DNA of 64,000 nucleotides from Candidatus Pacearchaeota archaeon. GTDB lineage: Archaea > Nanobdellota > Nanobdellia > Pacearchaeales > GW2011-AR1. This document shows, piece after piece, positions 17,236 through 26,085 of this stretch. The position numbers and the translations under genes were made by a program. The stretch lies in assembly GCA_041651235.1 (NCBI GenBank), contig JBAZJQ010000001.1, positions 558,449 through 622,448 of the forward strand, given 5' to 3'. Numbering within the stretch: the stretch's first letter is position 1; the number at the start of each line of letters is the position of its first letter. The notes under the pieces are model-generated. The model ran no database searches, had not been told where the DNA came from, and saw only the letters and a program-made list of their open reading frames with translations.

Positions 17236-17506
17236 TTGTATAAATTATTTTTTAGGTTTATAAATTTGATTGTATAAAACAATTAATATTATAAATAAAA
17301 GATTTTTTGGTAATACATGGGAAAGGAAAATGATTGTGGGTATAAAGATAAGAGATTTAAAATAATTGGAGTTTTTGGAAATTCTAATTTATGCGAACAA
17401 CTTAGTTGCCCTGATTGTTATGGAAACTATAATTATTCTGGAGAAGGTGCTGATTTCGGGATATGTGCAAGTGGATTAGAAGGTTATGTTGATAAGTCTA
17501 CAACAA

Positions 17507-18802
17507 CTACTCCGAAAAGCTAGTTTTTAATGCACTTGGAGCTTCTCCACCATGCCAGGTGAATCTTGGCCTTACTCTTATTGGATATAATCTTTCTGAA
17601 TTATCATCTAAGATTACTGCAGAACCTTTTGAAGAAGGAAGCTGATTCATTGTTTTTTGAATGTTTTCTAATAAATAACTTTGCATAATTTCATTTAGCG
17701 CTTCTCTGTCTTTTTTGTTTGTAAGTTTATGAGACATTACAATATCTGATTGAGTCATAACATCTCTGTGAATTACTCCGGGTTGCTGGGTTGCAAGAAC
17801 CATTGATATTCCGGGCTGTCTCCCTTCCCTTAATAATTGAACAAGAGCATTTGTTGCAGGAGTTTTTTCATTCATTGGAAGAAATTCATGAGCTTCATCA
17901 ATAAAAAGCCAAATCATTGGCATCTCATTTATTTTTTTTGTTGAAAATCCTCTTTGAATCGAATCAATTTCTTCTTTTTTTCTTGCTAGTATTCTTTGAT
18001 TGAATAGCTTCTTTGAAATTAATCCTATTAATAATGCTCTTACATTGAAGGTTGATGTTGAAGAATAAACAGATAAGTCTAATATAGTTGTTATTCCAGG
18101 ATTAACAAGATCTTCTATTTTTGTTGCTTGTTCATTTTTGTTTGCAAACACTTTCCAGGATTTTGCTGCTTCAAATAAAGAAATAGCTGCTTTTCTAGTA
18201 TCTTCTGTTGATTCATTGTCTTTTTTAATCTCTTGAATTATCTCTTCTAAATCGAAATTTTCTTTTAAGTTATAAATTATTTTTTGAATTAAAACTGAAA
18301 TAGGTTCAGTCATACTTAGATTAAAAATAGAAAGCCAATCTTCAATATCTAACTCAGATACGGCTAGTGCAAGTTTTTTATCAACAGGAATTTGTCTTTT
18401 TTCATATTCTTTGAAATATCCTGCAGGGGCCCACACAACAACTGGAAGATTTTTTGATTTTAACTGCCAGTCAGCTAGTAGTTCTTGTTCTTTTTCATTT
18501 TTGTATTTCATTGTCCAGAAGATCCCCATTGTATCAAAAATTATTGGAGCAATATTATTTTTTACTTCATTTGGCAAATCAGAAATTTCTTCTGCAATTA
18601 CTCCTATTGTATATGATTTACCTGAGCCTCTTTTTCCTGCAATCAAAACTACATGGCTTCTTATAACATCCATCCAAATTAAATTAGAAAGAGAGGTATA
18701 ATTTCCCATTGTAACATAACCTTTTCCAAGATAAACTAACCCTTTATCACCAAATTTTTCTTTATCAGATTTAGTTCTTCCTATTATAATATCATATGCC
18801 AT
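17507..18802 (-). CDS. HerA/FtsK-superfamily (DUF87-like) P-loop ATPase
   Basis: Walker A AGKRGSGKSYT, Walker B WLFIDEAHEFLP, 431 aa. Confidence 0.7.
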   Translation of the reverse strand: MAYDIIIGRTKSDKEKFGDKGLVYLGKGYVTMGNYTSLSNLIWMDVIRSHVVLIAGKRGSGKSYTIGVIAEEISDLPNEVKNNIAPIIFDTMGIFWTMKYKNEKEQELLADWQLKSKNLPVVVWAPAGYFKEYEKRQIPVDKKLALAVSELDIEDWLSIFNLSMTEPISVLIQKIIYNLKENFDLEEIIQEIKKDNESTEDTRKAAISLFEAAKSWKVFANKNEQATKIEDLVNPGITTILDLSVYSSTSTFNVRALLIGLISKKLFNQRILARKKEEIDSIQRGFSTKKINEMPMIWLFIDEAHEFLPMNEKTPATNALVQLLREGRQPGISMVLATQQPGVIHRDVMTQSDIVMSHKLTNKKDREALNEIMQSYLLENIQKTMNQLPSSKGSAVILDDNSERLYPIRVRPRFTWHGGEAPSALKTSFSE

Positions 18803-18932
18803 CTTTTTGTTTGTTAATGATTTAATTAAACAATTTGTCTTTTTAATTTTATTGTATTTTTCTATTATATATATTGCAAAAGATGGACTTATAGTGCGAA
18901 AGGTTTTTAAATGCTGGAAAATTAAAAGGAAA

Positions 18933-19955
18933 ATGGAAGAAGGTATGAGCGATAAAACAGAGATGATGATTGATAATAATCCTGATAAGATGAATATTTC
19001 TAAGATGACTAATAAAATGAAAAAAAATCCCTGGATGGTTTCTAGTATTGTTTTAGGGATTATTGCTATTGTGTTATTAATAATTGTTATGAGGGGAGGA
19101 ATTACTGGAAATGTTATTGGAGGAAGTGATGCTGGTGCTAATTTAGTTGATTATCTTAATGAAAAGACAGGCGGAGGAGTTGAATATGTTTCTAATGAAG
19201 ATTTAGGAAACATATATCAAGTTACTGTTTCTTATCAAGGACAGGAATTACCTGTTTATGTTACTAAAGATGGAAAGTATTTTGTTCAGGGGGCTATTCC
19301 TATAACTGGGGATGTTGTGGATGAAACTACAACTGAAACACCTACCGAAGTTGTTAAATCTGACAAGCCTGTTGTTGAAGCTTATATTTTCTCATACTGC
19401 CCTTATGGATTGCAATTTGAAAAAGCATTATTCCCTGTTTATGATTTATTAAAAGATAAAGCAGATATTAATATTGTTGCAATTGGAGCAATGCATGGGG
19501 AATTTGAAAAAATTGAATCTTTAAGACAAATAAGTATAGAACAATTATATGGAAAAGATAAATTATTTGCGTACTTAAAAGAATTTGATGTTAATGAAGA
19601 TATTGGTGCTTGTAATGGAGATGATACTTGCTTGAATAAATATCTTCCTGCAATATATACTAAACTAGGAATAGATAAGACTAAAGTTGAAAATTATATG
19701 GATACAAGTGCAGAAGCAATTTATAATACACAAGGAGAAAAAGCAAGTTCACTTGGAATTTCTGGATCTCCGACATTTGTAATAAATGGAGCTCAAGTTC
19801 AAGTTGGAAGAACTCCTGAAGCAATAAAAGCAGCAGTATGCGATGCTTTCACAACTGCTCCTAGTGAATGTTCACAGACTTTATCTTCAACATCAGCTAG
19901 TGCAGGATTTGGAGCTTCTGCTGGAAGTTCTGCAAGCAGCACTGCGAGTTGCTAA
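18933..19955 (+). CDS. membrane-anchored DsbA/thioredoxin-fold protein with CPYG in place of CxxC
   Basis: Trimmed to ATG 18933. One TM helix, then IFSYCPYGLQFEKAL and C-terminal LGISGSPTFVINGAQV (DsbA-family cis-Pro loop region), then a Ser/Ala-rich tail. Confidence 0.55.
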   Translation: MEEGMSDKTEMMIDNNPDKMNISKMTNKMKKNPWMVSSIVLGIIAIVLLIIVMRGGITGNVIGGSDAGANLVDYLNEKTGGGVEYVSNEDLGNIYQVTVSYQGQELPVYVTKDGKYFVQGAIPITGDVVDETTTETPTEVVKSDKPVVEAYIFSYCPYGLQFEKALFPVYDLLKDKADINIVAIGAMHGEFEKIESLRQISIEQLYGKDKLFAYLKEFDVNEDIGACNGDDTCLNKYLPAIYTKLGIDKTKVENYMDTSAEAIYNTQGEKASSLGISGSPTFVINGAQVQVGRTPEAIKAAVCDAFTTAPSECSQTLSSTSASAGFGASAGSSASSTASC

Positions 19956-19968
19956 TGGAGAATTTATT

Positions 19969-20334
19969 ATGAAGATTTCTGAATTAAAAACAAATCAAGG
20001 GAATGTTGAAGTAGAAGGGACAATTAAAGAAATTGGTGAAATAAGGACTTTTAATAAATTTGGAAGAGAATTAAGAGTTGCTAATGCTATTTTAAGTGAT
20101 GATTCTGGAAGTGTTAAATTAACTTTATGGAATGATGATGCAACTAGATTCAGCCAAGGAGATAAAATCAAGATAAGCAATGGTTATGTTGGAGAATTTC
20201 AAGGTGAAAAGCAATTATCTTCTGGAAAGTTTGGAAAAATAGAAAAATTAGGCTCAGGTCCTAAATCTAAAGATGATACAGATGAGATAATTGAAGAGTT
20301 AGGTGAAGTTGAAGAAGAATCTGGAGATTATTAA
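19969..20334 (+). CDS. OB-fold single-stranded nucleic-acid-binding protein (SSB/RPA-like)
   Basis: Trimmed to ATG 19969. VEVEGTIKEIGEIRTF..FGRELRVANAILSDDSGSVKLTLWND OB-fold pattern plus an acidic C-terminal tail DDTDEIIEELGEVEEESGDY. Confidence 0.55.
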   Translation: MKISELKTNQGNVEVEGTIKEIGEIRTFNKFGRELRVANAILSDDSGSVKLTLWNDDATRFSQGDKIKISNGYVGEFQGEKQLSSGKFGKIEKLGSGPKSKDDTDEIIEELGEVEEESGDY

Positions 20335-20344
20335 TAAATTATTG

Positions 20345-20403
20345 GATGAATTTTTTATAATATAAAATTTAAATGCTGAATTGATGATTAAGATGTTTAT
20401 GAT
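20345..20403 (+). repeat. intergenic modular repeat, locus 5 (D+B)
   Basis: GATGAATTTTTTATAATATAAAATTTAAATGCTGAATTGATGATTAAGATGTTTATGAT; begins 11 nt after the stop. Confidence 0.7.
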
Positions 20404-20455
20404 TTTGTTATTGATTTATGATTATTAATTGAATGATATTTTAATTATTATATAT

Positions 20456-21958
20456 TCATATTACTCTTCTTTCTCTTTCTGGTATTTGTTTTGAAGTTCT
20501 TTTTTTACGTTTATATTCAATATATCTTGATTTTGCATCTAAATATACTTCAGGAATATTTCCATGCATATAAAAATCTCTATTTAATCCTTTATAATTA
20601 AATACACATTTTCCATGTGAACTGGAAAGTCTCATTAATGTCATAGGACTTCTATTTAATAAATCTCCTAAATCTGAATAAGAGAGACTATGTCTATTTT
20701 TTAATACAAATCCAAGGATAAATCTCGCTTTCATACCATTTTCATCTCTTGAATCTGATAAAATTTCTTGTTTCTGGAGCTTTAAGTCTTGATATGCAAA
20801 ATCATATAATTTATTCAAATCTAATTCAATTTGTTTTTCATCTTTTTTATTTTTTAAATAATTTTTATCTTCTTTATTTTGCTGTGGATATAGCCCCCAG
20901 ATTTTTTTAAAATCTTCTTCAGGGTTTCCTGTTGGAATAAATTCATTCCCATTTAAATAACTCTTCACTTTTCTACAAGCTAATATAACTGTTGCATGAT
21001 TTTTGTCTCCCATTATTCTTCCTATGTTTGGATAGCTTCCAATATGATCTCCATTAATTGTAGGGCTGTCTTGAAAATTTTCTCTTAATAAAAACATTAC
21101 TAATTGTCGTATTTTGCTTATTTCTCTTGTTTTTTTACTTCCCTCTATATCCTCTCTAGTGATTCCTTTTTCTTGTATTATTTCATATAATCTGCCTAAA
21201 TATCCATCAAAGTTTGTTTGAGTAATTGTTTCTTTTGTTTTTTCTTCAAGGTTTGTTCCTTGTTGGGTGAGATAGTCAGTTACATCAGGATCATTGGTAT
21301 ACCATACTCCTGCTTTTAAGGCATTAGTAATTACTCTTTTCATTTTTGCTTGTTGTTCAAAAAAAGTTTGTTCTTGATATTTTGGTTTAGGTCTAAATCT
21401 TATTTCTGCATAGTATTGATCAGGTGTTCCTATTTTTCTTTTAGTTAATATTTCTCCTATAGTTGTTAGTTGTTCTAAAAATGATTCTATTTTGTTATCT
21501 CTTTCTGGGTCAGTTACAGGTGCTGCAATTCTTAATTTGTATAAGTTATTTTCTTCAGGTTCAAAAACAAGATTTAATATAACTTTTTCTTCAGAATTTG
21601 CTAATTGTTCTAAATCTGGGTCTGAAATTCTTAGTTTTCTTTGTAGTGTAAGCTGATGCATTACTGCTAGAGGGGTTGTTTTTATTCTTGTAACTTGATA
21701 TCCTTCAATTAAATTATCTATTATTGGTTGGAAAGCTTGCAAATCTTCTTCTTGAGTTTTTCTTGGAATTAACTGATTCTCTCTTTTTACATATAATGGA
21801 GGAATAGGATAATCTTTTAATTGGTCTGTTCTAACAACAAAAATTTGTTCTTTTGGAGGTATGACTTCAACAATAGATGCATTAGAAGAAAGAGTTATTA
21901 TTTGAGATTTTTGACTATTTGGAATATCTGTTGTTTCTTCTTTGATATCTTGTATCAT
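20456..21958 (-). CDS. protein with two DnaA domain-IV-like (Bac_DnaA_C) HTH modules, third gene of the RFC operon
   Basis: KKTREISKIRQLVMFLLRE...IGRIMGDKNHATVILACRKV parallels E. coli DnaA [19 protein letters not shown]...[20 protein letters not shown]. A weaker second copy is SRDENGMKARFILGFVLKN..SYSDLGDLLNRSPMTLMRL. ATGA overlap with the rfcL stop. Confidence 0.6.
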   Translation of the reverse strand: MIQDIKEETTDIPNSQKSQIITLSSNASIVEVIPPKEQIFVVRTDQLKDYPIPPLYVKRENQLIPRKTQEEDLQAFQPIIDNLIEGYQVTRIKTTPLAVMHQLTLQRKLRISDPDLEQLANSEEKVILNLVFEPEENNLYKLRIAAPVTDPERDNKIESFLEQLTTIGEILTKRKIGTPDQYYAEIRFRPKPKYQEQTFFEQQAKMKRVITNALKAGVWYTNDPDVTDYLTQQGTNLEEKTKETITQTNFDGYLGRLYEIIQEKGITREDIEGSKKTREISKIRQLVMFLLRENFQDSPTINGDHIGSYPNIGRIMGDKNHATVILACRKVKSYLNGNEFIPTGNPEEDFKKIWGLYPQQNKEDKNYLKNKKDEKQIELDLNKLYDFAYQDLKLQKQEILSDSRDENGMKARFILGFVLKNRHSLSYSDLGDLLNRSPMTLMRLSSSHGKCVFNYKGLNRDFYMHGNIPEVYLDAKSRYIEYKRKKRTSKQIPERERRVI

Positions 21959-23154
21959 TTTATCTCTGATAATAATTCCTGCTTTTTCTCTTTTAAATAT
22001 TCCTGTTCTTTATCATCTAGATCTAATGACTCATAATCTTTTTGAGAGAATATTAAAGGGAACAAAAAGCTTTCTTTCATCGCTTTCTTCTTAGATATAT
22101 GATTAAATTGAGCATATTTTGATACTATTGATTTCTTTTTTGCATTTTTCTGGTTTGAGAGCCAAATTTTTAGTATTCTTGAAGGTCTTTTATATCCTGT
22201 GAATTTTTTGTATTTAATTTTAGTTGCAGAAGATATTCCTGCTGATAAAAAGAAGTTCTCATAAACTAAAAATCTCCAGTATTGCTGTCTATATATTCTT
22301 CCTTTAAATAAATCTGCTTTGCTTAAACTATCATAAGCTTTTGCTAATGCCTGCCCTTGATATTCCATAGGAATATTTTCTTCTACCCATAGAATTATCT
22401 CATCTAGTTCCATCTGAGTTTCATCTAATATAGAAAGTGTTTTTTTGTTTGGAGATTCTTGGAATATTTTTTTTAATGCATTGAAAATGCTTTCTTCTTT
22501 TTCTCTTTCACTTATTTCTTCAATAAATGCATCTTCACCAAGGGAAAGAACTGATTGCAAGTCATTTAATGCTGCTCTTATATCCCCTCTTGATTTACTT
22601 GAGATTAAATTTAATGTTTCTGGCTTCAAAGTCCTATTTTCTTTTTGAAGAACTGCATGAAGAATATCTAATACAATCTCTTGTTTTAGCTCTTTTAAGC
22701 TAACTAGCTGGCATTTTTTTCTTAGTAGACTGAATTTTTGCTGCCAAATATCATTTGCAGTTATAATAATTGGGTGGGGTGTTTTGTCAATTAGCGCGAT
22801 TAATTCTGGAAGTCCTCCTCTGTCCGAGGCTGTTATTCCATCTGCTTCATCCATTAAAATTAGCTTTCCTTTTTTAAATAAAGATTGCTGTTTTATTGCA
22901 GGAGATAAAACTTCTTCTAATTTTGAACGATTTCTCAAATCACTTGCATTTAGTTCAAATAATTCTAAATTTAATTCATTTGCAAGTGCAATTGCAATTG
23001 ATGTTTTTCCTGTTCCAACAGGACCGCTTAGTATTAAGGCTCTTTTTAATGGAAATTTTTTGAAAAATATTTGAACTTCCTGGATAACTGAGTCTTGTCC
23101 CTTTATTTCTGAGAATTTTTTTACACGATATTTTTCAATTAATGGAAGAGTCAT
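21955..23154 (-). CDS. rfcL: replication factor C large subunit
   Basis: Walker A LSGPVGTGKTS, Walker B LILMDEADGI; overlaps rfcS by 4 nt. Confidence 0.85.
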   Translation of the reverse strand: MTLPLIEKYRVKKFSEIKGQDSVIQEVQIFFKKFPLKRALILSGPVGTGKTSIAIALANELNLELFELNASDLRNRSKLEEVLSPAIKQQSLFKKGKLILMDEADGITASDRGGLPELIALIDKTPHPIIITANDIWQQKFSLLRKKCQLVSLKELKQEIVLDILHAVLQKENRTLKPETLNLISSKSRGDIRAALNDLQSVLSLGEDAFIEEISEREKEESIFNALKKIFQESPNKKTLSILDETQMELDEIILWVEENIPMEYQGQALAKAYDSLSKADLFKGRIYRQQYWRFLVYENFFLSAGISSATKIKYKKFTGYKRPSRILKIWLSNQKNAKKKSIVSKYAQFNHISKKKAMKESFLFPLIFSQKDYESLDLDDKEQEYLKEKKQELLSEIK

Positions 23155-24125
23155 TTTATAATGCCTTTGCCAGCAAGAACAAATCCTGCTAAAAGAGCTT
23201 CTAATTGAATAAATTCATCACTGCCTTCAACTAATCTAAATTCAACTTCCCCTGTTTTCTCTGTTAACCGAACTTTAAGCTCATCATCAATCTGAAGATT
23301 CCATATTTCTTTTTGAATTGATTTTATAATATCTGTTCCTGAAACAGATTCTTTAAGCATAACCTCTAATAATTTTTCTTTTGATTTAATAAAATCTCCT
23401 GAAAGAGCATATTCTAGAACAATTTTAATGTCTGCTGGTTTTGCACTTGAAGCTAAGGTATTAATTAAATCAGGGGTTATTGAAGGAGAAATTGATGCAG
23501 ATGCTTGCAATAAGTTAATAACTCTTCTGCAGTCTCCTTCTGAAGCTTCATATAATGATTCTATTGTTACATCTGAAATTTGAAGTTTTTCTTTTTCTGC
23601 AATTAATCTTATTCTTTTTTCTATATCTTTTTTTTCTAATAGTTTAAATCTAAAAATAGCACATCTTGACTGAATAGGGTCTATTATTTTTGAAGAGTAG
23701 TTGCAGGACATAATAAATCTGCAGGTTGAAGTGTAGTTTTCCATTGTTCTTCTTAAAGCCTGTTGAGCTTCTCTTGTTAATGCATCTGCTTCATCTAAAA
23801 AAATAACTTTAAAAGGGACATTTCCAATTGCTTTTGTTCTTGCAAAATCCTTTACTTTTTGCCTTACAACATCAATTCCTCTTTCATCAGAAGCATTTAA
23901 TTCTAAGTAATTTTCTTTCCAATTAATCCCAAATAATTCCCTTACAATTATTAGAGCTAGTGTTGATTTTCCTGTTCCAGCAGGACCTGCAAATAGTAAA
24001 TGAGGTATATTAAGAGATTTAGTTAGATTTTTTGTCTTTTTTATTATTTCATCCTGCCCTACAACTTCTTCAAATTTTTTAGGTCTATATTTTTCAGTCC
24101 AAATAGCAGTATTGTTATTATCCAT
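23151..24125 (-). CDS. rfcS: replication factor C small subunit
   Basis: WTEKYRPKKF, FAGPAGTGKST, VIFLDEADALT, SRC motif PIQSRCAIFRF. Confidence 0.95.
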   Translation of the reverse strand: MDNNNTAIWTEKYRPKKFEEVVGQDEIIKKTKNLTKSLNIPHLLFAGPAGTGKSTLALIIVRELFGINWKENYLELNASDERGIDVVRQKVKDFARTKAIGNVPFKVIFLDEADALTREAQQALRRTMENYTSTCRFIMSCNYSSKIIDPIQSRCAIFRFKLLEKKDIEKRIRLIAEKEKLQISDVTIESLYEASEGDCRRVINLLQASASISPSITPDLINTLASSAKPADIKIVLEYALSGDFIKSKEKLLEVMLKESVSGTDIIKSIQKEIWNLQIDDELKVRLTEKTGEVEFRLVEGSDEFIQLEALLAGFVLAGKGIIK

Positions 24126-24148
24126 CTTTTAGTAAAAATCGGAAAGTC

Positions 24149-24158
24149 TTTTTATAAA
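24149..24158 (-). promoter_or_regulatory. TATA-box-like element upstream of rfcS (suggests a leaderless transcript)
   Basis: Minus-strand TTTATAAAAA ends 24 nt upstream of the rfcS ATG; no SD in between. Confidence 0.35.
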
Positions 24159-24250
24159 GATTGTTATAATGGGATGTATGGTAGATAAAAAGGTATTAAT
24201 AATATAAAAAATATACAATAAGATATCTGTTATTTAGCTTAATGTCCGTA

Positions 24251-24560
24251 GTTAAGATGTTTGTTCTATAAGATATTGATATTTATAATTTATTAAGACA
24301 TATGTTATGCATAGGATATTAAGATGTTGATGATGATTTTTACTGAATTTTTTATAATCTTATAGAACAAACATTTTGTAGATGAGAAGATTAAAATGTT
24401 TTTGACATTTATTATTAATTGATAATTATTTTAATATTAATGAGAGTATTTTGATGAATAGATGTTTTGTTGTTTGTCTTAAGAAGATATAGATATATTA
24501 CTATATTTGGAATGTTAAGGTCTTATACTTTATACAGAAGAGGGTTAAGATGTTTATAAT
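24251..24560 (+). repeat. intergenic modular repeat, locus 6 (densest cluster; several A/B/C/D modules plus an internal inverted repeat)
   Basis: ATAATTTATTAAGACAT, GCATAGGATATTAAGATGTTGATGAT, TACTGAATTTTTTATAATC, TTGTAGATGAGAAGATTAAAATGTTTTTGAC, AATAGATGTTTTGTTGTTTGTCTTAAGAAGATATAGATAT, ACAGAAGAGGGTTAAGATGTTTATAAT. Also an imperfect (18/19) inverted repeat AAGATGTTTGTTCTATAAG (24254) / CTTATAGAACAAACATTTT (24359). Confidence 0.75.
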
Positions 24561-24613
24561 TAATCTGATAAATATATATTAATATAATTTTATTAAAATA
24601 TTAAGAATTAAGC

Positions 24614-24724
24614 TTATTCTCCTCTTCTTTGCTTTCTTTTCTTCTTTACACGTCTAAGTCTTTTTCTCTGCCATTTCCATCTCATTTGGTTTTTCTTTTT
24701 CCAACGTCTTGAGCTTCTTTTCAT
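24614..24724 (-). CDS. very basic 36-aa peptide, probable ribosomal protein L41e
   Basis: Below the ORF-track cutoff. MKRSSRRWKKKNQMRWKWQRKRLRRVKKKRKQRRGE resembles the K/R-rich L41e pattern (..RWKKKRMRRLKRKRRK..). Confidence 0.45.
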   Translation of the reverse strand: MKRSSRRWKKKNQMRWKWQRKRLRRVKKKRKQRRGE

Positions 24725-24800
24725 AGAATTTAATTGAAATTTTGGTTTATAAATCTTTAGATTGAAAGTTTTTTAAAGGTATTATACTAGGATATTTTGA

Positions 24801-24873
24801 AGCCCTGTAGTCTAGCGGTCAAGGATCCGGCCCTCTGGAGGCTGGGACCCAGGTTCGAATCCTGGCGGGGCTA
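24801..24873 (+). tRNA. tRNA-Gln (anticodon CUG)
   Basis: Hand-folded cloverleaf: acceptor AGCCCTG/CGGGGCT, anticodon stem CGGCC/GGCTG, loop CTCTGGA, T arm CCAGG-TTCGAAT-CCTGG; no encoded CCA. Confidence 0.9.
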
Positions 24874-24874
24874 T

Positions 24875-25861
24875 TTAGTTATAATTATTCTTGAATAAAT
24901 TACCAAATCCTGGAGTCCACTCATCAGTTATCATTAAAACTGAATCTACTGTCCTTATTACTTCAGGAAATTCTTTTTTTAAATTTTCTATGATTTTGTA
25001 ATATTCTTGATAATTGTTTACAATTAATTCGGGTTCTATCTGAGATAGGTTTCTAATAAAGTATTGAACATTCGGCAGAGATGAAATATAACTTAAAAGT
25101 CTTTTTTCATCTTCTTTTGTGTATTTTTCTAATTTTATTATAGCTTTATATAACTCTAACCCTAACTTGTTAAGATCAACCCCGATTCTATATTGAGTTA
25201 TTACTTCCTTTTCTTTTAATTTTTTTAGTCTATTTTTGATAATAATTTCTGTAGACCTAATTCTTTTAGCCAGTTCTGTCAGAGAAATTCTTCCGTTATT
25301 TACTATTTGAGCAAGAATAGCATAATCTTTCTGGTCAAGATCATTATTTACAACTTCGCCAGCAAACATTGTAGGCTGGGTTATTTCATTTGTAAAATAC
25401 ATTTTTGAATATTGCTTAACATCAACAAGAATGCCATCTTCTTGATCAACGATTATTTTATTAAATTGAGACATAAAGTCATTTTTTATTTCATAAAATT
25501 CATAATCTGTTTTTGCAAAAATGGAGATTATTAAATCCCAGCTCCCAGAACATTCTCCCATCCAATAAACTCTCCCTAATGAACGCAAATATTTAAACAA
25601 CTTATCTTTTTCTAAGGGGATATTCTTTAGTTTGACATAAATTTTATAGGCTTTAAATCCCATTTTATTAGGATTAATTGCTGTTTGAAATCCAGTGATT
25701 ATCCCTCTTTTGATTAATTGATTAATTCTATATTCAACTGCTTGGCGAGATTTTCTAATTTTCTTAGCTAAAATTGTTGAAGGAACCCTACAATTTTTAT
25801 CTAGTTCTGCAAGAAGTTTTTTATCGGCCTTGTCTAATAAAAGCTTGTTTATTTCAACCAT
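24875..25861 (-). CDS. tandem (double) Lrp/AsnC-family transcriptional regulator, paralog of 5921..6880
   Basis: Trimmed to ATG 25861. LDKADKKLLAELDKNCRVPSTILAKKIRKSRQAVEYRINQLIKRGIITGF and LDQKDYAILAQIVNNGRISLTELAKRIRSTEIIIKNRLKKLKEKEVITQY. Confidence 0.8.
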   Translation of the reverse strand: MVEINKLLLDKADKKLLAELDKNCRVPSTILAKKIRKSRQAVEYRINQLIKRGIITGFQTAINPNKMGFKAYKIYVKLKNIPLEKDKLFKYLRSLGRVYWMGECSGSWDLIISIFAKTDYEFYEIKNDFMSQFNKIIVDQEDGILVDVKQYSKMYFTNEITQPTMFAGEVVNNDLDQKDYAILAQIVNNGRISLTELAKRIRSTEIIIKNRLKKLKEKEVITQYRIGVDLNKLGLELYKAIIKLEKYTKEDEKRLLSYISSLPNVQYFIRNLSQIEPELIVNNYQEYYKIIENLKKEFPEVIRTVDSVLMITDEWTPGFGNLFKNNYN

Positions 25862-25959
25862 ATTTAGCATAAGAGATATATAGTTTATAAATATTATCAT
25901 TTATGCTTAAATATTAAAAGAAAGTTTAATATGCTTTATAATCTTGTGATGAATAACTA

Positions 25960-26085
25960 AACAGCAGAAATAAACAAACAAAATGAAAAACAAAAAACAA
26001 CATAAGATTTGCATAAGAAATTCAAGTGCAGAACTTGAACTAGGTTATACTTTAATAAACAAATTGAAAGGGGGTAAACAACAAA
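25960..26085 (+). promoter_or_regulatory. conserved A/C-rich leader + SD, copy 3
   Basis: AAATAAACAAACAAAATGAAAAACAAAAAACAACATAAG ... TTTAATAAACAAATTGAAAGGGGGTAAACAACAAAATG. Confidence 0.5.

Noticed and set aside
17317-17523. Cys-rich 68-aa ORF between the orphan gene and the HerA-like gene
   Set aside because: No SD or promoter evidence, it overlaps the convergent ATPase 3' end, and I cannot support it from sequence alone.
24251-24560. CRISPR array
   Set aside because: The repeats are heterogeneous modules with irregular spacing and no unique spacers of constant length. There are no cas genes in the window.
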